A DNA stretch of 57,755 bases, the filler included, from Catajapyx aquilonaris (taxonomy: Eukaryota), in NCBI GenBank assembly GCA_000934665.2. It is 2 parts of 2 records of this genome, joined end to end, with 100 filler letters (N's around TTAATTAATTAA, not from the genome) between each part and the next. Parts side by side here need not be neighbours in the genome. Positions count along the whole stretch, not along the records: positions 1 to 28,831 come from JYFJ02004864.1; 1 more part is not named here. The stretch is one strand, 5' to 3'. Position 1 is the stretch's first letter; every line of letters begins with the position of its first letter. Shown in pieces: positions 1 to 13,171 of the stretch. A model generated the notes under the pieces. It ran no database searches. It saw nothing but the letters and a program-made list of their open reading frames with translations, and was not told where the DNA came from. The translations under genes and the position numbers were made by a program.

Positions 1-102
1 CCTCAGCCAAAGTACAGAGACTACAGGTCAGTCACATGGTCAAAAGTTCATAGAAAAATCTCGGAAAAAATTCGGAGACACACAGGACTGTTGGAACATG
101 TA

Positions 103-426
103 AATAGCATAATAGCGGTTTGCAATAGCAGTTCCTTCAAATATCAGTTTCAATAGCAGTTCTTTCAAAAAGCTGGTTTCAATAACAGTTCCTTGAGAAT
201 AGCAATTTACTATAGCGATTATTTGAAAATAGCAGTTTGCAATAGCAGTTCTTTCAGATAGCAGTTTCAATAGCAGTTCTTTCAAACAGCTGTTTTCAAT
301 AGCAGTTCTTTCAAACAGCTGTTTTCAATAACAGTTCCTTGAGAATAGCAATTTACTATAGCGATTATTTGAAAATAGCAGTTTGCAATAGCAGTTCTTT
401 CAGGTAGCAGTTTGCAATAGCGGTTT
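103..426. repeat. AATAGCAGTT-based minisatellite with a higher-order duplication
   Basis: Many degenerate AATAGCAGTT units with alternating spacing. The 77-bp block aataacagttccttgagaat...ctttcag occurs at 181-257 and again at 327-403 (period 146). Confidence 0.9.
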
Positions 427-3400
427 TGTGAGCTATATTTTCCAGTCAGTGATTGTATTCTGAACGCTCTTAAAAGGTGAAAGGCGGACACGGTTTCGCT
501 CCCTTTGTCTCAACGACCTGAGACGACCTCTGCCTGGAGAAGTTCGTTAGCTACATCATTTTGGAGCGATATCGATACCCAGTGAAAAGCCTCCTCGATA
601 GTATCGCAGGTTATCTCCCCTCGCTTTGTCCATTAGCGACCGAATAAGGCACGGTGAATAGACGTCCCACGCTTTAGTTTAGACCCATTGAGAAAGCCTA
701 GGCCCCACGCTCTTTGGTGTATATATAGATACGAATGGGGGAGGGAGGGAAAGAGAGGCTGCCCTTGTGCCCTGTCCCCATCACCACCACCACCTCCGCA
801 CCTATTTTCTCTAGGTTTGCTCACAGCAAGCGGAAATTGGCCTTCGGAACCGATCCAATTCCTGCAGGATTGTGCTTTTCCACGTTCGCCCCCCCCCCCC
901 CCCCCNCCCCCCTCAACCAGTCCGAAGGGAGAGGAAGCTTTGATGTGGCTGCAGGCGCCGCCAATGCATTTCAGGATGCCCGGATGAACGTCTTACAATG
1001 CCAATAAGGGAAGAACCGTGGGGATGGGAAGTTCATATAATATAAAAAAAGGGCCGGGTGCCATGGTCTTGAAAAACTGATCAACAATTTTGAAAAACAA
1101 TCCCGAAAATCACATCGGAAACGTTGCCCTCTGCACATCACGTCAATTGAGGTATGGCATGTTGAAACAATGAGCCATAAAAATGTGGGCAAACACAAGA
1201 ACCGGCAATCGATTAGGCTGTAAATAATGTGCAGGAACTTGAAATTGGTATTACAGAATTTATCCGGACCGTAAATTATAGGGCGTTCCAACTTGGGGGG
1301 GTGCGACATAAATATTGAATTTGCGAATGTGCCAAGCCCGATTCACAATATATTGTACATTGTGTTATTGGATTGACCGAGTTATTGGTCCTGAAAGTTA
1401 ACGACATTGAGCGCACTTGATATTACCAGCACGTCGCTCCTGCAGGTTGACATTTTTAGGTCACGGTCGACTACAGTAAGGCACCGATTGAACGTGACAA
1501 CTCCACCAAAATATGCCGAAATGTGGTACTGATGGCCCCGCATTTTGGCCCACTCCAAACTCTCGCTTTCCATACCACCCCAAACTGTATCCCCTGCATC
1601 CAAAAAGTCTCATTTCCCACCATGATAAATCGATTTAGCCGGGGAGACAAGCCCGTTAAAAAAAAACCGGTCGCCTACTAAAAATTCCCCTCGATTGATC
1701 GGAAATTACTGACCTAGTTTACAACTTTTTAAAAAGTGTGTCAGTAACTTTGATGTTGTGTGAACACACTTTAAGTGAAGGACAAAGACCCACAGTGGGA
1801 ATCGTCGTTAATGGGATCTGAACTACTATTCGGAGGGCTCAACTGCAGCAATTTGTTGTCGATGAAAAGAGGGCGGCGAATTAAAGCATGGTGAGGCTCC
1901 GGAAATCCAAAAGCGTTGGCAGGGCAGGGAAGTTGAGTGGAAGCTGTGCCCTGGGTTTGAGTTAGAAAAAGGAGAGACCCGGAGTTCTAAATAGGAATAT
2001 CGCGCTATCTGCTGGCACTGGCATTGATTTTCCACTAACCTGGGGATGGGGAGGAAATATACGGGGCCATTCGTCTATGAAGGGGCGCTAAAACTGCCGC
2101 TATGTATGAGATGTCATGGATTTTTATAACGTCCCTGGGAAGTACTTTAAATAAAAGCGAATTGCACAGTCACTGCCAAAATAGCAATTATCTAGCAATC
2201 TGAAAAAATTAAAACAATTAATATCAGTATAGATACACTGCAATAGCCTACAAACTCGATGCATTACAGCGGTTAAAAAGCCAGCCTTGAAAAGGAAATT
2301 TGAAGCATTGTTAGGCAATGACAGGCCCAGCTTGGCTCTGATTGATGGCGGCACAATAGCCTCGGGCCGAGTTCAGATCGCGAGCCTGAAAGTTTAAGAT
2401 AACCTATTGAGTTAGCGTGTGCCATTTCAGAGAATATCTAAGGCTCAAAACGGCGATTGAGCGACTCTTCCGGCCTGTCAGTTTCGCATTTTATGGGCGT
2501 TACCTGTGTGTGTGCATTTTCTCTCGAGTGTATATAGGTTTGATTTTGGAGATTTCGTCTCAATTATGGAGATAACACTGACGTCTCAATGGCAACAGTG
2601 ACATTCAACATAAATCATGAAAATGACAAAAGAAGTTGTTATTATAGCCTTAATTGAGCCAAAATCGTATAAGTCAACAAGGACTGGTCATTCTGTACAT
2701 CTGCAGGCTAACTTTGTACATGATGTACCACTTTGTTCAGAGCTAGTCCAACTTTAAACCAAAAGTCGGATTAATTTTTTTTTGTCTTACAGCGGAGTCT
2801 GTTCAAGGCAACTTCTTAATGGTAAAGCAAGTGCTGTACATGGAATCGCCTCCCCCGCACTGAGAAGTTCAGGGTCGCATTGAATAACTTTTTACGTGGC
2901 CTTGCAAGTTTTTTGAAACCATTTTTTTTCTTCCTTTCTCATCCGACCTTACAGATAGGAGTTAGGTCGTAGTTTTCATGGCCCAAAACCGCTTCTGCGT
3001 CTGAAATTTACTGTCAGGATTCTTCCAAGCACGGCTGATAAGTAGTCTCAACTCTCTACAAATCTAGGGTTATATTCCATAATGAGATGTTTTTCCAGAA
3101 GACGACAAAGGGTGCAGTCTTTGCATAAAATGTAACACGCTGTAGCACCTTCTATAACTACATTGTCGATCCGTTAGCCTTCCATGGCAGAAGACCTTTT
3201 TGGCGATATCGATCAGAAGTGGTCGCCGAGTATAGCAAGTTTCGTTTGAATGATCTATTTTACTTCGGTTCGTGACAGGGGCAGTCCAGACCATTGTCAT
3301 TGGAGGCCTGTTGACTAACGATTTTGTAACCAAAGAGTGACTAATGGCAAGGAAATTACTGGGGGAATCCGAATATACATCACGATATGCTTGGTAATCA

Positions 3401-5627
3401 AAATGCGAGATTTGCTTATTTGGGTGCATATCAAAAGTTGGAGGACACGGTAATCAATCCGACAGATTTGTTATGTAAGCGGCGCGCAAAACCCGGAGAC
3501 AAAATATAAGCTTCTGGCCAAAAAAAAAGCTGAAAAATCTTTGGCGCCGTGCCAACTAGGATGCAGCACTATGAGCTAGCTTCATAGACTACGCTGGGGA
3601 AAAAAAAACCTGACCTATCTTGAAGCTGATGTCAACTGACAATCAGGCCATTCACGAGAAAAGAGCTCATTTTGAGAAAATTCAATCGGCCCATAATTTT
3701 CCTACGTTTTTTTTTGTACGTGATGTTAATCTTACAGTAGGCGTTGACATGAACTCTACTAACACTGTACAATTAGATATGCATGTACTGAACTAATGGT
3801 CGTGCAAATTAGCCTCAGAGCATGATATCACGGGGGTGCGTTTTCCGGTTGGAATTGCTGAGGGATAAGTCCCTTTTATCATAACAACACTCGTATTGCG
3901 AAACCAATCAAAATTCGGGCTCTTCACTTTAGACAGGGGATAATTACGTTGGGACCCAGAATCGGAGTCGACCCCCTCTCTTGTTTGGTAATGAAGTTCG
4001 TCTCGGGAAGTCCAACAATTAAAACCGGGGTCCTATAATCGGCACATTTTTTTTTAGCTCACCAGCTTTTGGCTTTGAAGTGGCACGTCTGGAGAGTTTA
4101 TCACCGGGGACATGGCGTGGTGTATATGTGACATGTAACGCACCTCGCGTGACGTCAGGCGAGGGATATATGGACGGATTTCCGCAGAAAATGGCCAACA
4201 TACGTCTCTCATTAATCCGGACCGCGGCTTACACTGCCCGAAATTGTACGTAGATAAGTACGGTTTTTGTCACGTTAGAGACAGAAAAAAATTTTAGGAT
4301 GTATTTATAGCGAAGGGCCACAGAGGCCATGATCTGATTAGTATATTTCACACGAAACGTGCGTTATGACACTTATCCTTGAACTGTATTTTTCAGGTAT
4401 TAAAGGAACACATCCCAGTTGCATAATGTGTCCCTCGCATTTTTTTTCAAGTCAACTCGGACACGTTACGTTTGTAAAATGTAGCCCCGTATAACTCCCG
4501 AAGCGTCGCGTTAAAATTTATGGCTGCCCATCAACCCTGACAATTTTGTTCCTCGAAAGTATGTACCGGAATGCCGGAAGTAAATCCCTGTTGATTCTAT
4601 TCTCCGGGCAGTTGGCGAAAAAATGTACGGTATTGATAAATGTCCGGTGACGGGCATAAATCCCTGTGTATGATATGAGTGTCATGGAGCGAAAAAAAAG
4701 TCGTAATTTATCTCTAGGTCGTTAGGTCCTCATCGCACCTGATCCTCGACACCATTATCTTGAAACAAGTTTTTTCCTCTCTGGGAAAAAAATCATAAGT
4801 AAGAAAAAATCCCCCAATTACTCAGAGGAAAGTCCGCTCTTGCCGCAGAGAGATCAATGAATGATCAGTGTGCTTACTATTGTGTCGACTTTTCCATGGT
4901 TGTTTACAGAAGATTCCAGACCACATGTTTGTTTTTTTATTGTTAAGGGAGACGAGGTGTGACTTAACGATCTCCTTTTTTCATGCTGGACAAACAGGTA
5001 TCGGAAAGACTCTTGGGAGTATCGAGACAGGTAAATGAGACATAACAGTTCAAACCCCATTGCATGTGTTGGCTTCGTATACTCACTTCATTCTGAGAAA
5101 AATAATGTTCACTTTTTCCTGCTCTCACTTTCTCTTGTACATTTTTTATAATATAAAATAAAGCAAGGGGTATTAAATCGACGAATTTTTGGGTCTAAAT
5201 TTGCACTGTTGATGTCGGCATTGGCACATTTCCTGTCGAATAATTGCCCTTTCCCCCCACCTTATATAAAGTGTAATCAGCAGTATTACAACAAGCCCTC
5301 CATTGCTGTTCTAGCTGCACGCACCCACCATCGACCCACCAAGATTAAGTCTACCACTCTGTGTTGTGTGCATTGTTGTCATTAGCAGAAAACTATGTGT
5401 TTACACCACCTTCTGCACTCGTAAAAGCAAGAGAGTATAAATAAGCCCCCTGCTGGGTTACACACAGCTAATAGGTTAAACGGGTAAAGAGGAGGGCTAC
5501 AAACCATATATAAAGCTGCGCAGAAAATTTTTCATTTAAAACATTAAAGTACATGTACCGGTATGCATTGAAATTCTACCAGTGAAAATTGGTTAGAATA
5601 GTATTAATCCTTTACATAAAAATGTCA

Positions 5628-5742
5628 TTTGGGTGCAAATTTCGTCGTACTACTAGTTGCTTTTAACTTAACAGTACCAATGTAATGCAATGGTACTGCC
5701 AAGTTAAAAGTAACTAGTAGTACGACGAAAATTCCACCCAAA
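5628..5742. repeat. Foldback inverted repeat (~115 bp), MITE-like
   Basis: tttgggtg..tttcgtcgtactactagttgcttttaactt..cagtacca pairs with tggtactg..aagttaaaagtaactagtagtacgacgaaa..cacccaaa. The arms are ~50 bp with few mismatches around a short loop. Confidence 0.85.
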
Positions 5743-6738
5743 GTGTTTTACTTATAGATGTGTAACTAACTGATCTGTTGTAAAGTTAGAAATATTGAAA
5801 ATGTTTCAATTATGAAGTTTTTTTAATGTTGTATTTTTACTGTATTTCTTGTATGAATATTTTAGAAAACCCTTTACCATTCAGCACCTCATTAAATGAA
5901 GCCTAGATTATAACTAAATTTTAGATATAAATAATCAGGGGCCACACAGAGTAGACTACACTATTGACCCAATAATATTGTAAAGAGCTTTCTTCAAAAT
6001 TCTAGCAGTACATTGACATGGAAAATTGCGGTCAGAGCTTTTTAGCTCGTTCATGAGGGTTCTGTCAGTTGTCCGCAACATCAAATGCCGACAACTGATC
6101 ACCCAAAGACCGCAAAGAAGTGGAGGGGAATAACAGCCTGTAAATTTAATGGGACGTATAAATAATTCGACCCGGTCGCACACTCTGATCGATGAGGTTG
6201 CAACTTTTGTCGCCTCCATAACACAAATTGGACATTGCTCTAATTGGACTCGCATTGCGTTCCCCCGGAAAACAACAAGAATTGCAGGTCCCCAACATTA
6301 TGAAAGTAACAAAAACATGTAGACCTTCCCCTTTTCCCTAAGCCTAATCTGGATCATGCAAAGGGCATAACGTGCCAGGCGACAGGGAATATTACATTGG
6401 TCACGGGGGGGCGGCTATTTTGTGAGCGTCTGTCATAAAATTGGGCACCAAGGTACAAATTTAGATGGGGATGTCGTGACCGTCACGTGTACCCCCGTCT
6501 CTTAATTACTCCTTGTGTGACGTGTCGCCCGTTTATCAGAGGCGATGAGTGTAACTAAGGGTGAGTCATGTGTCGTGCTGCTATGCACACAGGTTGACAT
6601 CTCGAGGTAATTTTCAGTTTTTTTTTGTGCACGCTTCTTGTTGTGGCCGATTTGTTAAATCTTCTGCCAACACGAAATTTTTCGGTGTGTACTCCTCATA
6701 TGTGGTGTGATATTGATTCCTTGCAATTATTTTTGCAG

Positions 6739-6881
6739 CCCTGTGAATCAATACAGCGGTGGCGACCAAGGCGTGTACCGGCAGTACAGTGACGAGTATG
6801 ACTACGACGGACAGGGATGCAATGACAATTATTACTCCAGCAATAGCCCCAGGACCAAAGGTACGGACGACAAGAAAACAG
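6739..6881 (+). CDS. unc-13: Coding exon of the putative unc-13-like gene (PVNQYSGGDQGVYRQYSDEYDYDG...SPRTK); alternative donor at 6860
   Basis: Acceptor ttttgcag|, phase-2 start, Tyr/Asp-rich open frame matching the downstream exons. Two phase-1 donors (AAAG|gtacgg at 6860, ACAG|gtatat at 6881) are both in frame with the next exon. Confidence 0.65.
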
Positions 6882-9203
6882 GTATATATTCTACTTTAAA
6901 GAAATAATTAAATATTACACTGGAAGTTTCTGAATGATAAAGAATTTTAAACAGTACACAAATTCGTAAATAAAAATTATGGCATTTTTTTGTGCCAAAA
7001 CTCATCCGCCCCGCCAATTTCAAAAACCCTTCCGCCATCTGTGAGCTGCGGACCAAACTTGCCTATAGACATCGGATCCTCCCATGCTATTGACGGATCA
7101 CAAAAACTGTGACTGGAGGAGTATGGAACGAGGCGATTGCGAGACCTCAAAAGCTCACGTGTGACACGAAAGGTTGGAAGAATGTTGTTCTGACCCCGCA
7201 GAACTGGTAGTCACAGAGAGGAGCATGTGGCACGTGGTGCTTTAATTATTTCTTGCGTTGAGCGAGTGCTAAATTGCGCACTTGGATACTTTATATTGTC
7301 CGGGGCTTGCATTTCTGCGTGATGTTGGGTTGGGCCAGGTTGCACCCTATAATAGTGCATCCCAGAAAAAAGTTTTTTTTTTTTGTAAATAAATTTATGC
7401 CAACTGCTTTGATCTCATGGAGTGATTAGACTCTATCACGCACTGGGTGATTTATAAGTATCTGTATGTTCATAAGCGCAGTTATTATCACGTCAAGGGT
7501 ATTAATCAACGACGATTAATTAATTTGGATTGTTGTAACCCACTGTGCCTGCAAGAGGCTTGTTTTTTCAGTCACTTGGTTACATTGAAATCTCATGATA
7601 CAGGTACCGTTACTCCTCGTTTTACGGCGGGGATTGGTTCCAGCAACATGCGGCGTAAAGTGAAAAGGCGTAAAACGAAACAGAATTATAATATTAAATG
7701 AGATATGTTCCAAAATTCTCACAATTTACCCACAAACGATACTGATATTGCTGTTTTTAATGCTCAGTATTTGAAGCATTTAATACACACATTTAGGCTA
7801 ATTGGAGGTTCCAGGTTGAGGGTCATCAGGTTCTGAGGGTTCCTTTCCATTTTTTTGGCAAGAACTGAAGTACACGTAGTGCATTGTAACAACGGGTGCA
7901 GTGCTTTGAGGAGGGCAGAGACCAACAATACAGTTTTGTATTTAGCTATAAACTCTGCCACAATGCACCACAAAAAAATCAAACTGCCAATACTGTAAGG
8001 TGTAGGGTGTTTGGACTCAGAAGTGCTGCATGGATGTGTTTGTGTAGATTGTTTTATTTTCAAATCTGTGTAAATGTTCAGATGGTTTTTTAAAAGTATA
8101 ATTTTGAAACAGGCGTTAATGTGAAAAGAGTTAAGACGAAGAGGCATAAAACGAGGAGTACCGGTACATGTATTTAGAATAAAAATCCATTGATAATTAT
8201 AATATTGATATTTTGTTGACTATTGTGTTGAATTTGAATGGGCCTATTGGTTTGAAGTTTGTGTGGGAAAACACTTAATTAAGAGAAGTACGCGTAGGAA
8301 AACAATTATCAAAAGCTGCTTTGTCACGGCATTATTTTTAAGAGACATAGTGTTTTTTCGAATATAATCATTATTATCAAACCATTATAGCCTAAATGCA
8401 GGTTCCTTTAGTGTCCTAATGTGAGATAAGAGGTGCGTTTTCGGCTTCTAAGTAGGGGCCTACTTTACGTGCTCATTTTCCTGCCACAGTACTGCCGGAA
8501 ATGATTGCAAAATCTGATAAATGTTGGTCCATACAAATAGACGAATTTGAGTTGAAATTGCACCTTTCAAGTGTGCATATGACACACGAGGATTCTTGTG
8601 CTGAAGCGGAAGCATCACGTGCTCACTTAAGGTCACTTTTCTCACGGAAAAAAAATCACACGCAGTAATAAGTGCCACAATTTAGCGGCTAAAAATGGGT
8701 ATTAAATGCCACCGATTTTCAGGCTGCTTTTTATTCGTACTGGTTTTATGACGATAAAAAATTGCTCGTTTTAGATTTTTTTTTGGCACATAAAGATTGC
8801 CTCCAGAGCTGCTGAAGCTGCTTCCTGTCTCTACTAGATGGTGTAGGCATCGCTCGAAGTGGAATCAAGTACTGTATGTGCACCACCACCCATCGTAAAT
8901 TAACCGGCCCAAAACGGCCATAAATTTCCTTCTGCTTGTTCAGGGCATAAAATATATGGCGTTTAACCATGCGGGGCAAGGGACACGATGTCCATTCGGA
9001 AAGACATGACAACACGTATGGGTGGGATAACAAACCGGAAATGTAAACCTGGCGTGCGGATTGGGAACAAAAACCCAAATCAGATTGGATTCACAGATTT
9101 TTGCCTTTGTAATTATTGCTTCTAGCTGCTTCCAACAACAAAAGCGCAACTTATTATTATATGTGAAAATGCTAGTTATTGATACGCTGTTTTCTCTCTG
9201 CAG

Positions 9204-9354
9204 CAGGCAATAATAGGCGACCCAGCTTGGAAAGGCAAACCACACTCTACGACGAGCATAATACTGGGACTAACTATTACCAGGATGGGGACGCTTCTTA
9301 CAGGGATAGCAGGTACTCTAACTACTATAGCTACGGTACCTCCGATAACTACAG
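9204..9354 (+). CDS. unc-13: Coding exon of the putative unc-13-like gene (GNNRRPSLERQTTLYDEH...YGTSDNY)
   Basis: Pyrimidine tract plus cagcag acceptor, donor ACAG|gtaaga, phases 1-2 fit both neighbours. RRPSLERQTTLYD resembles a motif I recall from invertebrate Unc13 N-termini (not verified). Not in the ORF track. Confidence 0.72.
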
Positions 9355-12211
9355 GTAAGAGTCGGTCAAGCTTGAACTGACTGGTTTTACATTGTACTGG
9401 ATGTCACGTACTACACAACACAATGTACACAGTCATTATTTTTCTGCCTTCTGGGCGATATCTGGAGACCACGCTTGAAGCTTCATAAATGTGAATTTTG
9501 CCAATGCACAAAATTGTAGGCTATGTGTGAAAAATATTCTCTCCAAGTGCAATATGGAAGAGCACTTGCAGGGTGTCCAATGATGAGAGCTTGAAACTAA
9601 TTTTAAGCTGCTCAAATAGCTGTAGAAGTGCATTATTCGTATAACTTAATGTATGAGGTTAGTTTATAAAATTTTTCTACAGTTGAAAACTGCGAGTAAC
9701 CTGATTATGCCGCAATGTACATGAAACAGACACAATGCAAATGCTCATCTGAATTTGTATCCCATAGCAATGATTGGTTATTTTAAAATGTACCGACATA
9801 AGCATAAGTCTACAATTTTTGCAGTGGTAAGCATGCATAACAAATTGCATTATTTATGATAAGGCTGGTGTTCCTGCCCGTATAAGCCGCCTAGAAGATT
9901 CCAGGGAGAAAACACATAATTTTACTAATCCCATCAGTTTTGATTCGCAACGTGGATTGCATCTGAAAGCACAATTTTTATCAGACGCAGTTAAAACAAC
10001 GACTCAGGAATAAAAAGCAATGCAATACGGCTCTGTCACACAGTAAGGCGATTTTCCCAAGTAGACAATCCCGCATTATTTTCATCTAAAAATGGGATGA
10101 CAATCTAAAACTCAAGCTCACATATTTTTCAAATCCTAACTATCCTGTTCACCAGTTGCTGCTTTTGTCACTCGGTGGACTATAGGATCTAATCATATAA
10201 TCCTTAGTTTCACACATGTCCGCCTTTTTTAAAAAAACCGAAATAACCATTCGTCAAAGGGCTATCAACGTGTTAAATTACGGCGCTATCTCTTGGTTGG
10301 GGTGCACTTTGATGCCCTTTATTCTTCCTGCCCCGTTGTGCCTGCTGCATGGGGAGCCGCCACTGGATATTACCCTCATATTCCGGAGGTCCTCTGTTAT
10401 GATGCAAAAACTGGAGTTGGCGGGGAGATGAAATGGAACATAGCGTTTTGTGGTGGTCGTTTGGATGGAGCAGCATGCCCTCCGGATATATACACCGGAA
10501 AAGTAGTTTTTGACCCCTGCACACCCAGAAATTAGGTCGCGAGGATGCCTGAGAGGAAGTTTAGAGAGGGGTGGGCGAGGAGGGTTGGTTCAAGTGATAC
10601 TTTGGGAGTTGACTCGAGAGGAGGTTAAGAAAGTTGACTCTGGGCTATTGAAATTTTATTACTCGCGGGAAGTGTTTCCCTCGGGTGATGAGTGACAGAG
10701 GTAAAATGTTGGAGAGAGTTTTGGAGGCATGGTTTGCAAAGAGCAATTAAGCTGATACGAATTTACTTACTTAATGAACCCGGCACTTAGTACATAGATT
10801 GTGGTTTTATGGAGAGAGTTTAATTGATGCTGCTGAAATAACTGCTGATTTCTTTGGACTGAAAGTTGTGAAAGTTGGAGTTTTTTTGGTCGACAAATTC
10901 AATTTGTTTTATCCACTTAATGTGTCTTTTGACGAGTTTGAATAATAGTTAAAATTAATATTAGGAGCTGGTGGTAAATCTGAAATGCAATGCGCAAAAT
11001 TAATTAACTGAATTTTTGTTCCTTTCATGGTTTATATTTTTAACTGAAGCTTGCACGTACATAAGGCTGTTTATTTATTTTACTCTGCAATAATTGAATT
11101 GATGCGTTAGGCTAATTATGATAACCTGCAGAACATAGAGCGGTATATATATATCACTACTTTTCAGACATTGAATTTCAGTGAATTTTGTAGAGTTGAT
11201 GTGTGCTAGACCCTTAATTAACGCCACTTTTTATCAATTATTTTGAATTCAGAGTGTTTCATTTACAGTGCATTAGAAGAGTGTTTTGATAGGCTACCTG
11301 GCATGATTCTGCAATATACTGCAGCTTGAAAGCAGATTTATAATGCATGAGCGAGTAATTATTATTGCAGTTTGCTTTCAACTCACCCGAAAAAAGTCAG
11401 TTTTAGCTGGCAGAGTAGTTTAAAAAAAATATCAGCTTTATATCTCCCAACTGACAAGGGGGCTTTGGTAGCATACCACTCTCAAAGGGGGGAAAGGAAT
11501 GTTGGACAAAAACCTTTTACCAAATGAAAAGTAGGAAGTTTTCACCGCGGTCCTTTGACACTCATGTTGCACAAGCGATAGCAAGGCCTATAACTTTGAT
11601 TGAGACGCCCACACAGACAGGCTTGAAATTGTTGGAGAGCTCAGAGATGGTGGGGCTGGTCCATTGTGCAGAAAACACTTTATTTCGTCTCAATTTGTGG
11701 CAACAGTTCCTCTTCTAGTTGTCTTCACTAACAAGGCGACTAACTTTGTGCTTCAATTCAACTTGATGTGATCAACCACAGCTCTTATATGAGTGTCCAT
11801 AAATAATGCTGCTTTTGCGCAGCATTTTATGTGCAAATGCTAAAATAAACAGGTGGAATTATGCATGAGTTATACTGAAACACTCTAAGCCTAATTAAAT
11901 AGCAATGCTAATGCATCATATCAACAGATTCAACACAGTGCTGTGGGACATGTATACAGCATTTTTAAAATAAAAAACCTTCCTGTTTGGCCCTTGCAAG
12001 CAGCTCGGAATACCTCCCATGACAAATTCATGACACTAATTGTAAATGCATGAGCAGCCGCCAGGTCTATCTTTAGACCTCCCAGGCCCAACAGGTCAAA
12101 GTAGAGAAAAAAAAATGTAGATAGAGCTGCATGTAACCTCAGCCAAATTGTAGCATTAAAGTTAAAACAATGGCTGCAATTGTGTTGAATGCGACTCTTT
12201 ATTTTTTCCAG

Positions 12212-12280
12212 GGAATACGGTAGGACAGATAGTTACGGTTCCGATTCTTACGTGGACGATTACTCGTATCACGACGGCAG
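12212..12280 (+). CDS. unc-13: 69-nt symmetric coding exon of the putative unc-13-like gene (EYGRTDSYGSDSYVDDYSYHDG)
   Basis: Acceptor ctttattttttccag|, donor GCAG|gtacag, phase 2-2, same Y/D/S/G composition as neighbouring exons. Confidence 0.72.
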
Positions 12281-13171
12281 GTACAGTGGCGTAGCATTAA
12301 GTGTGTTGTATGTTGTGACCTCACTAAATTGTGTTGTATTGCACACACCATACCCTCGGCATGGTTTCGTGTTGTCGTAAAGTGTACCTGCATGATAACT
12401 GTCGTTATCCATTGCCGGAACACGTGCGTCCAGGCCGGCCCTGCTGTCGTTATCGGATTCAGATCAGTGTTGCGCTGATTGCCGTACCGGATACATTTTT
12501 TTCCAAATTTATTGCGGAGTGCGATAAACCTTTCTTCCGTTCCAGTTACCTGTCCTATCACGGCCCAATTGCTAGAGAGAGGTCCCGGGTCACTTTTATC
12601 CACATGGCGAGCCAGCGGGGGCAATCAATTTTCAAATGGCTTGCATTATTAACCGGGGGTAATTTCGTGGCCTGCGCGGCATGCGTTACGACGTATGGGA
12701 TAATGTCATGAAAGGGAGACCGGGGGTGGAAAATGGGGCCGAAAGTCATGGGGAGCGACCTTTCATGCCCCTGAATTATGCTTTATTCCGGAGGATTAAT
12801 TTGGGCGCAGGCAATCGCCGGGACATTTCTTTGGAATCTTTGCAAAAAAAGAGAGAGACGAATGCGAAACGGCAATTTGCGGAATGAAATATTTGCAGCT
12901 CGATCTGTGAGTAACTGAATGTCTGCTTTTGGTGTTTAACGACGTCCCCTACAAAGTTGCTGCTGGATTGGTAATGTCGAGAGGTTGGCCACTTTTTGAA
13001 GTGTAGCATACATCCGAGTGTACATCTCATTACGACAAAATTAATGTCATAACATTTTGTAAGAAGCTCCGTTTGGGTAGTACACCTGACTGGTGGCCTA
13101 TCTCTCGCTTAATGTCTCTTCAATTGTGTCGAACCCTCAACTAAAGTCATGTTTTTCGACCCCCGGTACAG

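Noticed and set aside
103..426. CRISPR-like appearance of the repeat array
   Set aside because: Eukaryotic context, degenerate tandem units, no unique spacers and no cas genes.
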